Source: Candidatus Nanopelagicales bacterium (GTDB taxonomy: Bacteria; Actinomycetota; Actinomycetes; S36-B12; CAIYMF01). Taken from it: DNA of 64,000 bases. Location of the stretch: NCBI GenBank assembly GCA_046330715.1, contig JAXLSG010000007.1, positions 96,629 to 160,628 on the forward strand, in the 5' to 3' direction. The notes beneath the pieces were generated by a model. The model worked only from the letters and a program-made list of their open reading frames with translations. It searched no databases and was not told where the DNA came from. The translations under genes and the position numbers were made by a program. Shown here one piece after another: positions 1 through 9,874 of this stretch; position 1 is the stretch's first letter, and every line of letters starts with the position of its first letter.

Positions 1-70
1 CGCCGAACTTGGCGCCGAGCGCCTCGTGCCGGTCGTGGAGGGGCGAGAGCAGCGGCTCGGCATCGGTCAT
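1..70 (-). CDS. gcvT: Glycine cleavage system aminomethyltransferase, N-terminus (runs off window)
   Basis: The minus strand from ATG 70 reads MTDAEPLLSPLHDRHEALGAKFG, typical of the GcvT start. It is divergent from pepA, with TAGGTT 7 nt upstream. Confidence 0.75.
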   Translation of the reverse strand, partial: MTDAEPLLSPLHDRHEALGAKFG

Positions 71-277
71 GCGCCGCAACCTACTAGCCGTCGCCCGGCA
101 TGGCCGCCCGGCGAGCCTCCGATCGCGCGCGTCCGTCGCGGCGCGGCGGCCCGCGGCCGGCAGGACCAGCCGATCGTCGGATCCCGGGCGGCCCACGGCG
201 CGGCGGCACCACCGGTGGCCGCGCGATAGGTTGCAGGAAGACCGGCGCAGCGCCGCACCGTCCCGCAAGGAGAACCT

Positions 278-1786
278 GTGACCACCCTCGCCCTCACCTC
301 GGCCGACCCCGCAGCGCAGGCCGCGGACGTCCTCGTCGTCGCCACCGCCCCCGCAGGCGGCCGCAAGAAGGCGGCGGTCGTCGTCGCCCCGACGCTGAAG
401 GCCGCCGCCGCGCGCAAGCTCGCCGAGTCGCTCGCAGCTCTCGGCGCGACGGGCAAGGCCGACGAGGTCGTGAAGCTGCCGGGCGCGGGCATCTCCGCCG
501 CCCCGCTCGTCGTGGCCGTCGGCCTCGGCGCCGGCCCGTGGACCGAGGAGCGGCTGCGCCGCGCCGCGGGCGAGGCCGCGCGCGCCCTCGCCGGCAGCCG
601 CCGCGCCGTGGTCGCGATCCCGCACGAGGGCCCGGCCGCCCTCGACGCCGTGGTGCAGGGCCTCCTGCTCGGCGCCTACTCCTACGACGCCTACCGCGTC
701 GACAGCAGGTCGGCCGGCAGCGCCCCGGTCGGCCGCATCACGCTGCACGTCGCCGACGCGAAGGACGCCGAGACGCTGGCCGCCGTCGGCCGCGGCCGCG
801 CGATCGCCGAGTCGGTCAACCTGGCCCGCGACCTCGTGAACACCCCCGCCGACGACCTCGTGCCCGCCGACTTCGCGGCCGCCGCGGTCGCGCAGGCCGA
901 GGCGCTCGGCCTCGAGGTCGAGGTGCTCGACGAGAACGCCCTCGAGGAGCAGGGCTACGGCGGCATCCTCGCGGTCGGCAAGGGCTCGGCCCACCCGCCG
1001 CGGCTGGTCCGACTCGCCTACCGCCCCGCCGACGCCAAGGGCCACCTCGCGCTCGTCGGCAAGGGCATCACGTTCGACACCGGCGGCATCTCGATCAAGC
1101 CCTCGCTCGGCATGCACGAGATGAAGGGCGACATGGGCGGCGCCGCCGCCGCGCTCGGCACGATCGTCGCCGCTGCGCGTCTCGGCGTACCGGTCAACCT
1201 CACCGCCTACCTCTGCCTCGCGGAGAACATGCCGAGCGGCCGCGCCCAGAAGCCGGGCGACGTCTACCGCGCCTACGGCGGCAAGACGGTCGAGGTGCTC
1301 GACACCGACGCCGAGGGCCGCCTGGTCATGGCCGACGCGCTCGTCCGCGCGCAGGAGGACAAGGCCGACGTCCTGATCGACATCGCCACCCTCACGGGCG
1401 CCGCCGTCATCGCGCTCGGCGCCCGCACCGCCGGGATCATGTCCAACGACGACGACCTGCGCGACGCCGTGCACGACGCCGCGGGCCGCGCCGGCGAGAC
1501 CACGTGGCCGATGCCGCAGCCCGAGGAGCTGCGCGGCCACCTCGACAGCCACGTCGCCGACATCGCGAACATCCCGCTCGTCGGGCGTCGCGAGGGCGGC
1601 ATGCTCTCGGCGTCGATCTTCCTGCGCGAGTTCGTCAAGGACAGCCAGCGCTGGGCGCACCTCGACATCGCGGGTCCGGCGTACAACGCCCACCGCGCGT
1701 GGGGCTGCACGCCGCGCGGCGGCACCGGCTTCGCGGTCCGCACGCTCACCCAGCTCGCCGAGGACATCGCCGACGGCGACGTCTGA
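278..1786 (+). CDS. pepA: Leucyl aminopeptidase (M17)
   Basis: VGKGITFDTGG, MKGDMGG, (D)TDAEGRL, IDIATLTGA and WAHLDIAG motifs; AAGGAG RBS before GTG. Confidence 0.95.
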   Translation: MTTLALTSADPAAQAADVLVVATAPAGGRKKAAVVVAPTLKAAAARKLAESLAALGATGKADEVVKLPGAGISAAPLVVAVGLGAGPWTEERLRRAAGEAARALAGSRRAVVAIPHEGPAALDAVVQGLLLGAYSYDAYRVDSRSAGSAPVGRITLHVADAKDAETLAAVGRGRAIAESVNLARDLVNTPADDLVPADFAAAAVAQAEALGLEVEVLDENALEEQGYGGILAVGKGSAHPPRLVRLAYRPADAKGHLALVGKGITFDTGGISIKPSLGMHEMKGDMGGAAAALGTIVAAARLGVPVNLTAYLCLAENMPSGRAQKPGDVYRAYGGKTVEVLDTDAEGRLVMADALVRAQEDKADVLIDIATLTGAAVIALGARTAGIMSNDDDLRDAVHDAAGRAGETTWPMPQPEELRGHLDSHVADIANIPLVGRREGGMLSASIFLREFVKDSQRWAHLDIAGPAYNAHRAWGCTPRGGTGFAVRTLTQLAEDIADGDV

Positions 1787-1797
1787 GCACCCCTGCG

Positions 1798-2370
1798 GTG
1801 AGCAGAGCGTTCCTGGTCCTGCACGGCTACACGAACCGGCGTCCTGAGGGCCACTGGCAGCGCCGGCTCGTGACGACCCTGCGTTCCGAGGGCGAGCTGG
1901 TCGTCTACCCGGCGCTGCCCGACACCGACGACCCGCACCTCGACCCCTGGGTCGACGTCGTCCGCACGGAGCTCGACCTGCTCGCGCACGCCGACGAGCA
2001 GGTCGTGGTCGCGCACTCCCTCGGGGCGGTCACCTGGCTGCACGTGGCCACGGCCGGGCTGGCCCGCCCCGTGGACCGCGTGCTGCTCGTCGCCCCGCCG
2101 AGCCCGGCGCGCACCGCGGAGGCGCTGCCGCGGTTCGTCCTGGCGCGCCTCGACGGCGACGCGGTCCGGGCATCCGCCCACGACACCCTGCTCGTCGGCA
2201 GCGACGCCGACCCGTGGTGCCCCGAGGGGATCGGCCCCGCGTACGCCGAGCCGCTCGGGCTGCGCCACGTCGTCGTCGACGGCGCGCGGCACTTCGCCCT
2301 CGACGACGGCTTCGGGCCGTGGCCCGACCCGATCGCCTGGTGCCGCGACCCCGGCTCGGTCTGGGTCTGA
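1798..2370 (+). CDS. RBBP9/YdeN-like alpha/beta hydrolase
   Basis: Real gene is the 3' part of ORF 100..2370: FLVLHG..HWQ, VAHSLG nucleophile elbow, DPW and ARHF. GTG start at 1798. Confidence 0.85.
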   Translation: MSRAFLVLHGYTNRRPEGHWQRRLVTTLRSEGELVVYPALPDTDDPHLDPWVDVVRTELDLLAHADEQVVVAHSLGAVTWLHVATAGLARPVDRVLLVAPPSPARTAEALPRFVLARLDGDAVRASAHDTLLVGSDADPWCPEGIGPAYAEPLGLRHVVVDGARHFALDDGFGPWPDPIAWCRDPGSVWV

Positions 2371-2485
2371 CCTCGGCGGTCCCGCCCGGCGGATCACCCC
2401 TGGTCACGCGACGGTCACGAGGGTGGAAGGATGGAACCCGCGTCCCGACGCGGGGCGCGAACCCGGCAACCCACGAGGAGCGCCA

Positions 2486-3859
2486 GTGCCCACGTTCGAT
2501 CTCGTCATCCTCGGCGGTGGGAGCGGCGGCTACGCCGCCGCGCTGCGCGGAGCCCAGCTGGGCCTCTCGGTGGCCCTCATCGAGAAGGACAAGCTCGGCG
2601 GCACCTGCCTGCACTACGGCTGCATCCCCACCAAGGCGCTGCTGCACGCGGCCGAGGTGGCGGACGCGACGAAGGAGTCGGCGGCGTTCGGCATCAAGGC
2701 GACGTTCGACGGGATCGACCTCCCCGGCGTCTACTCCTACCGCGACGGCGTCGTGGGCCGGCTCTACAAGGGCCTGCAGGGCCTGGTGAAGAGCCGCAAC
2801 GTCGAGCTGGTCACGGGCACCGGGCGCCTCACCTCCCCCACGACCGTCCAGGTCGGCGACGAGACCTACACCGCGTCCAAGGCCGTGATCCTCGCGACCG
2901 GCTCCTACGCCCGCTCGCTGCCCGGCCTCGAGATCGGCGGCCGTGTCATCACCTCGTTCGAGGCCCTGAGCCTCGACTACGTGCCGTCGTCGGCGATCGT
3001 GCTGGGTGGCGGCGTCATCGGCGTCGAGTTCGCCAGCGTGTGGCGCTCCTTCGGCAGCGACGTCACCATCGTCGAGGCGCTGCCGCGCCTGGTCCCCAAC
3101 GAGGACGAGGCCTGCAGCAAGGCCCTCGACCGCGCGTTCCGCAAGCGCGGCATCAAGGCCAAGACCGGCGTGCGCTTCACGGGCGTGACCCAGGACGCGA
3201 ACGGCGTCACCGTCACCCTCGAGGGCGGCGAGACCCTCTCGGCCGACGTCCTGCTCGTCGCCGTGGGCCGCGGCCCGAACGCGACCGGCATGGGCTACGA
3301 GGAGGTCGGCGTCGCGATGGACCGCGGCTTCGTCCTCACCGACGAGCGCCTGCGCACCAACGTCCCGGGCGTCTACGCCGTCGGCGACATCGTCCCCGGC
3401 CTGCAGCTGGCCCACCGCGGCTTCCAGCAGGGCATCTTCGTGGCCGAGGAGGTCGCGGGCCTGGCCCCGCGCGTCATCGACGAGGCGGGCATCCCGCGCG
3501 TCACCTACTGCGAGCCCGAGGTCGGCTCGGTCGGTCTCACCGAGGCCCAGGCCAAGGAGAAGTACGGCGACGCCAACGTCGAGACCTACGAGTACAACCT
3601 CGGCGGCAACGGCAAGAGCCAGATCCTCGCGACCGCCGGCTTCGTGAAGCTGGTCCGCGAGAAGGACGGCCCCGTCGTCGGCGTCCACATGGTCGGCTCG
3701 CGCGCCGGCGAGCTCATCGGCGAGGGCCAGCTGGTCGTGAACTGGGAGGCCTACCCCGAGGACGTCGCGAGCCTCATCCACGCCCACCCGACCCAGAACG
3801 AGGCGTTCGGCGAGGCCTTCCTCGCCCTCGCCGGCAAGCCGCTGCACGCGCACGCCTGA
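2486..3859 (+). CDS. lpdA: Dihydrolipoamide dehydrogenase
   Basis: GGGSGG FAD site, GGTCLHYGCIP redox disulfide, HAHPT; GAGGAG RBS before GTG 2486. Confidence 0.96.
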   Translation: MPTFDLVILGGGSGGYAAALRGAQLGLSVALIEKDKLGGTCLHYGCIPTKALLHAAEVADATKESAAFGIKATFDGIDLPGVYSYRDGVVGRLYKGLQGLVKSRNVELVTGTGRLTSPTTVQVGDETYTASKAVILATGSYARSLPGLEIGGRVITSFEALSLDYVPSSAIVLGGGVIGVEFASVWRSFGSDVTIVEALPRLVPNEDEACSKALDRAFRKRGIKAKTGVRFTGVTQDANGVTVTLEGGETLSADVLLVAVGRGPNATGMGYEEVGVAMDRGFVLTDERLRTNVPGVYAVGDIVPGLQLAHRGFQQGIFVAEEVAGLAPRVIDEAGIPRVTYCEPEVGSVGLTEAQAKEKYGDANVETYEYNLGGNGKSQILATAGFVKLVREKDGPVVGVHMVGSRAGELIGEGQLVVNWEAYPEDVASLIHAHPTQNEAFGEAFLALAGKPLHAHA

Positions 3860-3942
3860 CGGCCCACGCCTGACGCGCCTCTGGCGCGCGCGGCACCCGA
3901 ACGCAACGATCACCCCGTAGACCCGACCGAAGGACCAGGTTC

Positions 3943-5655
3943 ATGCCCGTCTCCGTCACGATGCCCCAGCTCGGCGAGAGCGTCACCGAGGGCACGGTCA
4001 CGCGCTGGCTCAAGCAGGTCGGCGACACGGTGGTGGCCGACGAGCCGCTGCTCGAGGTCTCGACCGACAAGGTCGACACCGAGATCCCCGCCCCGGCCTC
4101 GGGCGTGCTGCTCTCCATCACCGCCCAGGAGGACGACGTCGTCCCGGTCGGCAGCGAGCTCGCCGTGATCGGCGACGCCGCCGAGGCCGGCGCACCGGCT
4201 CCCGCGGCGCCGGCTCCGGCCGCCGCGCCCGAGCCCGCCCCGGCCCCGCCTGCCGCCCCGGCCCCGGCTCCCGAGCCCGTCGCCGCTGCCCCGGCCGCTC
4301 CTGCGGCGGCCCCCGCGGGCGCCGGCACCCCGGTGGTCCTCCCCGCGCTCGGCGAGAGCGTCACCGAGGGCACGGTCACCCGCTGGCTCAAGGCCGTGGG
4401 CGACACCGTCGCCGTCGACGAGCCGCTGGTCGAGATCTCGACCGACAAGGTCGACACCGAGCTGCCCTCCCCCGCGGCGGGCACCCTGCTCGAGATCACG
4501 GTCGGCGAGGACGAGGTCGTCGCCGTCGGCGCGACCCTGGGCATCATCGGCGCCGCGGGCGCCGCTCCGGCCGCGCCCGCCGCCCCGGCCGCCCCCGCGC
4601 CTGCCGCCGCTCCCGCCCCGGCTGCTCCGGCACCCGCCCCGACCCCGGCCCCGGCAGCTCCGGCTGCGGCCGCCCCGGCTCCGGCTCCCGCCGCGCCGGC
4701 TCCCGCGGCCGCTGCTCCTGCGGCTCCCGTCGACGCCTACGTGACGCCGATCGTGCGCAAGCTCGCCGCCGACAACGGCGTCGACCTCGCGACCGTCACC
4801 GGCACCGGCGTGGGCGGCCGGATCCGCAAGAGCGACGTCCTCGACGCCGCCGCCAAGGCCAAGGCCGCACCCGCTCCGGCCGCCGCCGCTCCCGCCGCTG
4901 CCGCTCCGGCTGCGGCCGCCGCCTCGCCGCTGCGCGGGCGCACCGAGAAGATGACGCGCCTGCGCAAGGTCATCGCCGAGCGCATGGTCGAGTCGCTGCA
5001 GACCTCCGCCCAGCTCACGTCGGTCATCGAGGTCGACGTCACGCGGATCTCGCAGCTGCGCAACCGGGCCAAGAAGCAGTTCGAGGCCACCGAGGGCGTG
5101 AAGCTGTCGTTCCTGCCGTTCTTCGCCAAGGCCACGGTCGAGGCGCTCAAGCAGTTCCCGCAGCTCAACGCCTCGATCGACATGGCGGCGGGCACGGTCA
5201 CCTACCACGAGGGCGAGCACCTCGGCATCGCCGTCGACACCGACCGCGGCCTGCTCGTGCCGGTCATCCGCGACGCCGGCGACCTCAACATCGGCGGCAT
5301 CGCCCGCAAGGTCGCCGACCTCGCCGAGCGCACCCGCACCAACAAGGTGAGCCCCGACGAGCTCTCGGGCGGCACCTTCACCATCACCAACACCGGCAGC
5401 CGCGGCGCCCTGTTCGACACCCCGATCATCAACCAGCCGCAGGTCGCGATCCTCGGCACCGGCGCGGTCGTGAAGCGCCCGGTCGTCGTCACCGACGAGA
5501 CCGGCTCGGACTCGATCGCGGTGCGCTCGATGGTCTATCTGGCCCTGTCCTACGACCACCGTCTCGTCGACGGCGCCGACGCGGCCCGGTTCCTCGTGGC
5601 CATCAAGCAGCGGCTCGAGGACGGCTCGTTCGAGGCCGAGCTCGGCCTCGGGTGA
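3943..5655 (+). CDS. sucB: 2-oxoacid dehydrogenase E2 (SucB/DlaT) with two lipoyl domains
   Basis: Two STDKVDTE lipoyl domains, Ala/Pro linkers, E3-binding GTGVGGRI, catalytic YDHRLVDG. Confidence 0.94.
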   Translation: MPVSVTMPQLGESVTEGTVTRWLKQVGDTVVADEPLLEVSTDKVDTEIPAPASGVLLSITAQEDDVVPVGSELAVIGDAAEAGAPAPAAPAPAAAPEPAPAPPAAPAPAPEPVAAAPAAPAAAPAGAGTPVVLPALGESVTEGTVTRWLKAVGDTVAVDEPLVEISTDKVDTELPSPAAGTLLEITVGEDEVVAVGATLGIIGAAGAAPAAPAAPAAPAPAAAPAPAAPAPAPTPAPAAPAAAAPAPAPAAPAPAAAAPAAPVDAYVTPIVRKLAADNGVDLATVTGTGVGGRIRKSDVLDAAAKAKAAPAPAAAAPAAAAPAAAAASPLRGRTEKMTRLRKVIAERMVESLQTSAQLTSVIEVDVTRISQLRNRAKKQFEATEGVKLSFLPFFAKATVEALKQFPQLNASIDMAAGTVTYHEGEHLGIAVDTDRGLLVPVIRDAGDLNIGGIARKVADLAERTRTNKVSPDELSGGTFTITNTGSRGALFDTPIINQPQVAILGTGAVVKRPVVVTDETGSDSIAVRSMVYLALSYDHRLVDGADAARFLVAIKQRLEDGSFEAELGLG

Positions 5656-5656
5656 G

Positions 5657-6613
5657 GTGGCTCCGGTGACGGGCACGCAGCGCACGTACGTCGTCGCCGG
5701 ATCCAGCGGCTTCATCGGGACCGCCCTCGTGGCGTCCCTGCAGGCCGACGGCCACCGCGTCGTCCGCCTGGTACGCCGTCCCACGGAGCACCCCGACGAG
5801 GTCCTCTGGAACCCGTCGCTGGGCGCCACCGGGGCCTCGCGCGAGCTGCGCGAGGCGCTCGAGGGCGTCCACGCGGTCGTGAACCTCGCGGGTGCGGGTA
5901 TCGCGGAGAAGCGCTGGGACGAGAAGTGGAAGCGCGCGATCATCGACTCGCGCGTCGCCGCGACGACGTGCCTGGCCACCGCGATCGCCGACACCCACGA
6001 CCACCCGGGCGTGCTCGTCTCGGCGTCGGCCAGCGGCTACTACGGCGACACCGGTCCGGACGCCGTCGAGGAGGACGCCGCCGTCGGCTCGACCTTCCTC
6101 GCCCGGGTCTGCCAGGCCTGGGAGCAGTCGGCCGCGCCGGCCCGGGAGGCCGGGGTCCGCGTCGTCCACCCCCGGACCGGTCTGGTCATGGCCCAGGGCG
6201 GCGGCGCCCTCGACCGGCTGCTGCCCGTCGTGAAGCTCGGGGCGGGCGGCCGGCTCGGCTCCGGGAAGCAGTGGTGGTCGCCGATCAGCCTCGCCGACGA
6301 GGTCGGAGCGCTCCGTCATCTGTGTGACACACCGACGGTGACCGGCCCCGTGAACCTCGTCGCACCCGAGCAGGGCACCAACGCCGAGATCACCGACGCC
6401 CTGGGGCGGGCCGTGCACCGTCCCACGGTGGCCGTCGTACCGGGCTTCGCCCTGCGGATTGTCTTGGGGGAGTTCGCAGATGAGCTCCTCCTCGACCAGC
6501 GGATGTCGGCCGCGAAGCTCCTCGGATCGGGGTACGAGTTCCGCCACCCCACGGTCGACGCGATCGTCCACGAAGCAGTCAACTCGGACATTCCCGTCAC
6601 GCGATCGGAGTAA
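5657..6613 (+). CDS. TIGR01777-family NAD-dependent epimerase/oxidoreductase
   Basis: GSSGFIG, VVNLAGAGI, SASGYYG, LGSGKQWW; usual position after sucB. Confidence 0.9.
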   Translation: MAPVTGTQRTYVVAGSSGFIGTALVASLQADGHRVVRLVRRPTEHPDEVLWNPSLGATGASRELREALEGVHAVVNLAGAGIAEKRWDEKWKRAIIDSRVAATTCLATAIADTHDHPGVLVSASASGYYGDTGPDAVEEDAAVGSTFLARVCQAWEQSAAPAREAGVRVVHPRTGLVMAQGGGALDRLLPVVKLGAGGRLGSGKQWWSPISLADEVGALRHLCDTPTVTGPVNLVAPEQGTNAEITDALGRAVHRPTVAVVPGFALRIVLGEFADELLLDQRMSAAKLLGSGYEFRHPTVDAIVHEAVNSDIPVTRSE

Positions 6614-6785
6614 CGGGGGCCGAACGGGGGACGTTCCGTAACTGTGCGATGGCGCTGTGGCGTAAACATCGCGTTACCTGTCAGCCGTTTGGCGGAAGTA
6701 ACCCGTACCGTTCCGTGACATCGTGGGGGACGCGCCCCGACCGGGTGGTCGAGACCCGATGGGGACAGCGGAAGGAGCACCGAGG

Positions 6786-8321
6786 ATGACGGCCCTGGAC
6801 TCGTCGAGCACCCAGCTCACCGACGAGCAGACCCAGAGCTCTGTCGACTCCGTCCGCTCCCCGCTCCCCCTCCAGCGCTCGAGCCGTCGCCGCTCCGCCA
6901 CGCCGGTCGGCCCCGCGCCCCTGGGGGACACCACGCGCACCCGATGGATGGCCGCGTTCGCCCGGTCGATCATCGCCGCGGACCTCGTCGTCGCCGTCCT
7001 GGCCGGCTGGGTCGCGCTCCTCGCCGTCGAGGGCACCCCCACCGCCCCGCAGTGGATCCTGTGCCTCACCGTCATCCCGCTCGCGATCGTGGGCGCCTGC
7101 GCCCTGTCGCGCTGCTACGAGCCCCGCTTCCTCGGCGTCGGCACCGACGACTACCGCCGGCTGCTCGACGTCGCGCTCAAGCTCATGGCGGTCGTCGGTG
7201 TCATCGCGCTCGTCTCCGAGAAGGAGCTCGCGCGCACCGTCGCCATCGTCATGTTCCCGGTCTTCATCGTCGGCGCGCTGCTCGTGCGCTGGGTCGGCCA
7301 CCTCGTGCAGAAGCGGGCGCGCGCCCACGGCGTCGCCGTGCACCGCGCTCTCGTCGTCGGCACCGAGCGCGCGACCGCCGAGATGATGCGCCGCATCTCC
7401 ACCCGCGACGACCACCCGTTCCAGGTCGTCGGCGCCCTCGTCGACCGCAGCCGTCAGGACGTCATCGAGGGCGTACCCGTCGTGGGCATGTCCACCGACG
7501 TCCGTCGCGCCCTCGACCTCCACGACGCCGACACGCTCATCGTCGCCGCGTGGTCGACCTTCTCCCAGCAGGAGCTCCGGCACCTGTCGTGGGCGCTCGA
7601 GGACAGCAAGGTCGACGTCCTCGTCTCGCCGAACCTCACCGACGTCGCCGGCTCGCGCATCTCGGTGCGCCCCGTCGTGGGTCTCCCGCTGCTGCACGTC
7701 GAGCGCCCCGAGTTCAGCGGCAGCCGTCGCGTGGCCAAGGGCCTGTTCGACCGCGTCATGGCGCTGTTCGCGATCCTCGTTCTCTCCCCCGTGCTGCTCG
7801 GCCTCGCGATCGCGGTGCGCCTCGACTCGCGCGGCCCGGCGTTCTTCAAGCAGACGCGCGTGGGCCGCAACGGCCGCACGTTCCGCATGGTCAAGTTCCG
7901 CTCCATGCACGTCAACGCCGACCAGATGCTCGCCGAGCTGCAGGACAAGAACGAGGGCGCCGGCCTGCTCTTCAAGATGAAGGACGACCCGCGCATCACC
8001 CGCGTCGGCTCGCTGCTGCGCCGCACCTCGCTCGACGAGCTGCCCCAGCTCTTCAACGTCCTCACCGGCTCCATGTCGCTCGTCGGCCCGCGCCCGCCGC
8101 TGCCCGACGAGGTCGCGCAGTACGGCGACGACGTCCACCGCCGTCTGCTCGTGAAGCCGGGCATGACCGGCCTCTGGCAGGTCAGCGGCCGGTCCGACCT
8201 CGACTGGGAGGAGTCGGTCCGTCTCGACCTCTACTACGTCGAGAACTGGTCGTTCCTCATGGACATCTCGATCATCAGCCAGACCTTCCGCGCGGTCCTC
8301 GCGGCCCGCGGCGCCTACTGA
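6786..8321 (+). CDS. Polyprenyl-phosphate glycosylphosphotransferase (priming sugar transferase)
   Basis: N-terminal TM helices followed by KFRSM, DDPRITRVG, SLDELPQ, MSLVGPRP, KPGMTGLWQVSGR; GAAGGAG RBS. Confidence 0.93.
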   Translation: MTALDSSSTQLTDEQTQSSVDSVRSPLPLQRSSRRRSATPVGPAPLGDTTRTRWMAAFARSIIAADLVVAVLAGWVALLAVEGTPTAPQWILCLTVIPLAIVGACALSRCYEPRFLGVGTDDYRRLLDVALKLMAVVGVIALVSEKELARTVAIVMFPVFIVGALLVRWVGHLVQKRARAHGVAVHRALVVGTERATAEMMRRISTRDDHPFQVVGALVDRSRQDVIEGVPVVGMSTDVRRALDLHDADTLIVAAWSTFSQQELRHLSWALEDSKVDVLVSPNLTDVAGSRISVRPVVGLPLLHVERPEFSGSRRVAKGLFDRVMALFAILVLSPVLLGLAIAVRLDSRGPAFFKQTRVGRNGRTFRMVKFRSMHVNADQMLAELQDKNEGAGLLFKMKDDPRITRVGSLLRRTSLDELPQLFNVLTGSMSLVGPRPPLPDEVAQYGDDVHRRLLVKPGMTGLWQVSGRSDLDWEESVRLDLYYVENWSFLMDISIISQTFRAVLAARGAY

Positions 8322-9010
8322 CCGCGCAGCGCCTCGACCGCCCCGATCCGCCAGCCGGCGGGGCCGCGCACCAGCATCACCAGCCACGTCCGCTCCCCTC
8401 GTGCGGCCACGCGCGTGGTCGTGCCGCCCTCGGTGACGGCGTACGCCGTGCGCACGTCGCGCACCCGCAGCCGCACCACGTCGTCGCCCACCTCCTCGGG
8501 CTCGACCGAGGTGCGCACGAGCGCACCCCCGTCGAGCCGGGCACCTGACGCGCGGACCCGCGCGGCGAGCGCGGCGTCGGCGGCCCAGGCCGACCCCGCG
8601 GGGTCGACGGCACGCGCGAGCAGCTCGGCCGACCCGGCGACCACGGCGCGGTGGCGCAGGGCGTCGACGCGAGCGAGCACGGCAGCCCAGTCGGCGGAGG
8701 GCGCCGGCGTCGTCGAGGCGTCGGTCGTCGCGGCGGCTGGCTCCGTGGCGGCAGAGGGCGTGGCGGCAGAGGGCGTGGCGGCAGAGGGCGTGGCGGCAGA
8801 GGGCGTGGCGACCGAGGGCGTGGCGGCAGATGGCTCCGGGGCGGGAGCCGCGGCGCCCGGGTCGGCGGCGGCACCGGTCGGCACGCGCAGCGCTCCCCAG
8901 GCGAGCAGGGGCAGCAGCAGCGCCGCGACGACGACGGCCACCGAGCGGCCGCGGCGACGTCGCGGCACCGGCCTCGGGACCGGCCCCGGACGACGCGTCG
9001 TGACGGGCAC
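8315..9010 (-). CDS. Membrane-anchored hypothetical protein (TM, TPSAA linker, extracellular domain); probable C-terminal half of a split kinase-like gene
   Basis: Basic stretch, then a TM helix and repeats. Same frame as the upstream ORF, separated by a single TAG at 9023-9025. Confidence 0.7.
   Translation of the reverse strand: MPVTTRRPGPVPRPVPRRRRGRSVAVVVAALLLPLLAWGALRVPTGAAADPGAAAPAPEPSAATPSVATPSAATPSAATPSAATPSAATEPAAATTDASTTPAPSADWAAVLARVDALRHRAVVAGSAELLARAVDPAGSAWAADAALAARVRASGARLDGGALVRTSVEPEEVGDDVVRLRVRDVRTAYAVTEGGTTTRVAARGERTWLVMLVRGPAGWRIGAVEALRGQ
8745..8834 (-). repeat. Six 15-bp tandem units (GTGGCGGCAGAGGGC on +) encoding TPSAA repeats
   Basis: Directly visible; units 5 and 6 carry small variations. 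Confidence 0.9.
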
Positions 9011-9022
9011 GGAGAGGGGCTC

Positions 9023-9763
9023 CTATGCGGCATCGTGCGTCGGCTCGATCGGAGCGAGGGCAGAGTCAGCAGGGTCACCAGTGTCAGAGGGCTCGGCGGG
9101 CTTGGCGGGCTCGGAGGCGACCTCGACCGGGTGCGGGTCGCGCCGCGGCGGCTCGGCGAGCCAGAGCAGGTCGAGCAACGGCTCGGCGGGCAGGGCGGCC
9201 GCGACGGTCGCCGCGAGCGAGGCGGCGTCGGGGCGCACCGCGGGGTCGGGGTCGGCGGCGCGCAGCAGCGCCACGACGAGCGCCGGCGGCGCCGACCCCG
9301 GGCCGAGCAGGCGCCGGACGAGCACCGCCACCGCGGCGAGGTCGTCGGCCGGGTCGGGTCCGCCGGGCGAGCCCGGAGGCACCGACCAGGCGAGGCCGCT
9401 GCCGGCGAGCACCGCTGTGCCGTCGGGCGCGACGAGGACGCGCTCCGCGCCGACGCCGCCGTGGGCGAGGTGGGCGCGGTTCAGGGCGTCGAGCGCCGCG
9501 AGCACCGTGACCAGGACGGTGACGACGTGACCGGGACGCAGCGGCACGCGGTCGCGCAGCGCGGCGAGCTCGACCGCGTCGGACGGCACGAGGTGGGTGA
9601 GCGCGTGGGCGTCGCCGACCGGCACGGCGCGCAGCAGCGGAGCGAGACCCTCGGCGCGCACGGCCGTGAGGGCGCCGAGCGCGGTGTCGCGCTCGCGGAA
9701 CGACGCGGGGTCTCCGGCGACGACGCCGGTGCGCTCGACGAGGGGCAGCTCGGGCTCGGTCAT
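9023..9763 (-). CDS. Degenerate Ser/Thr kinase-like (pseudokinase) domain
   Basis: HGGVGAERVLV aligns with HRDLKPENVL, AGSG with DFG, then DDLAAVA and DPDPAVRP. Catalytic Asp residues are missing. Confidence 0.7.
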   Translation of the reverse strand: MTEPELPLVERTGVVAGDPASFRERDTALGALTAVRAEGLAPLLRAVPVGDAHALTHLVPSDAVELAALRDRVPLRPGHVVTVLVTVLAALDALNRAHLAHGGVGAERVLVAPDGTAVLAGSGLAWSVPPGSPGGPDPADDLAAVAVLVRRLLGPGSAPPALVVALLRAADPDPAVRPDAASLAATVAAALPAEPLLDLLWLAEPPRRDPHPVEVASEPAKPAEPSDTGDPADSALAPIEPTHDAA

Positions 9764-9874
9764 GCCGCCCAGGGTGGGTGCGCGACGGCGTACGCCGCCG
9801 AGCCGGTCCACAGGCCGCGAGATGCGGCGACCGCCGTGGACCGCGACGATGGGACGCCGTCGAGAGGAGCACCG

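Noticed and set aside
4180-4930. GC-rich repeats within sucB
   Set aside because: Ordinary Ala/Pro linkers and a duplicated lipoyl domain of E2 enzymes.
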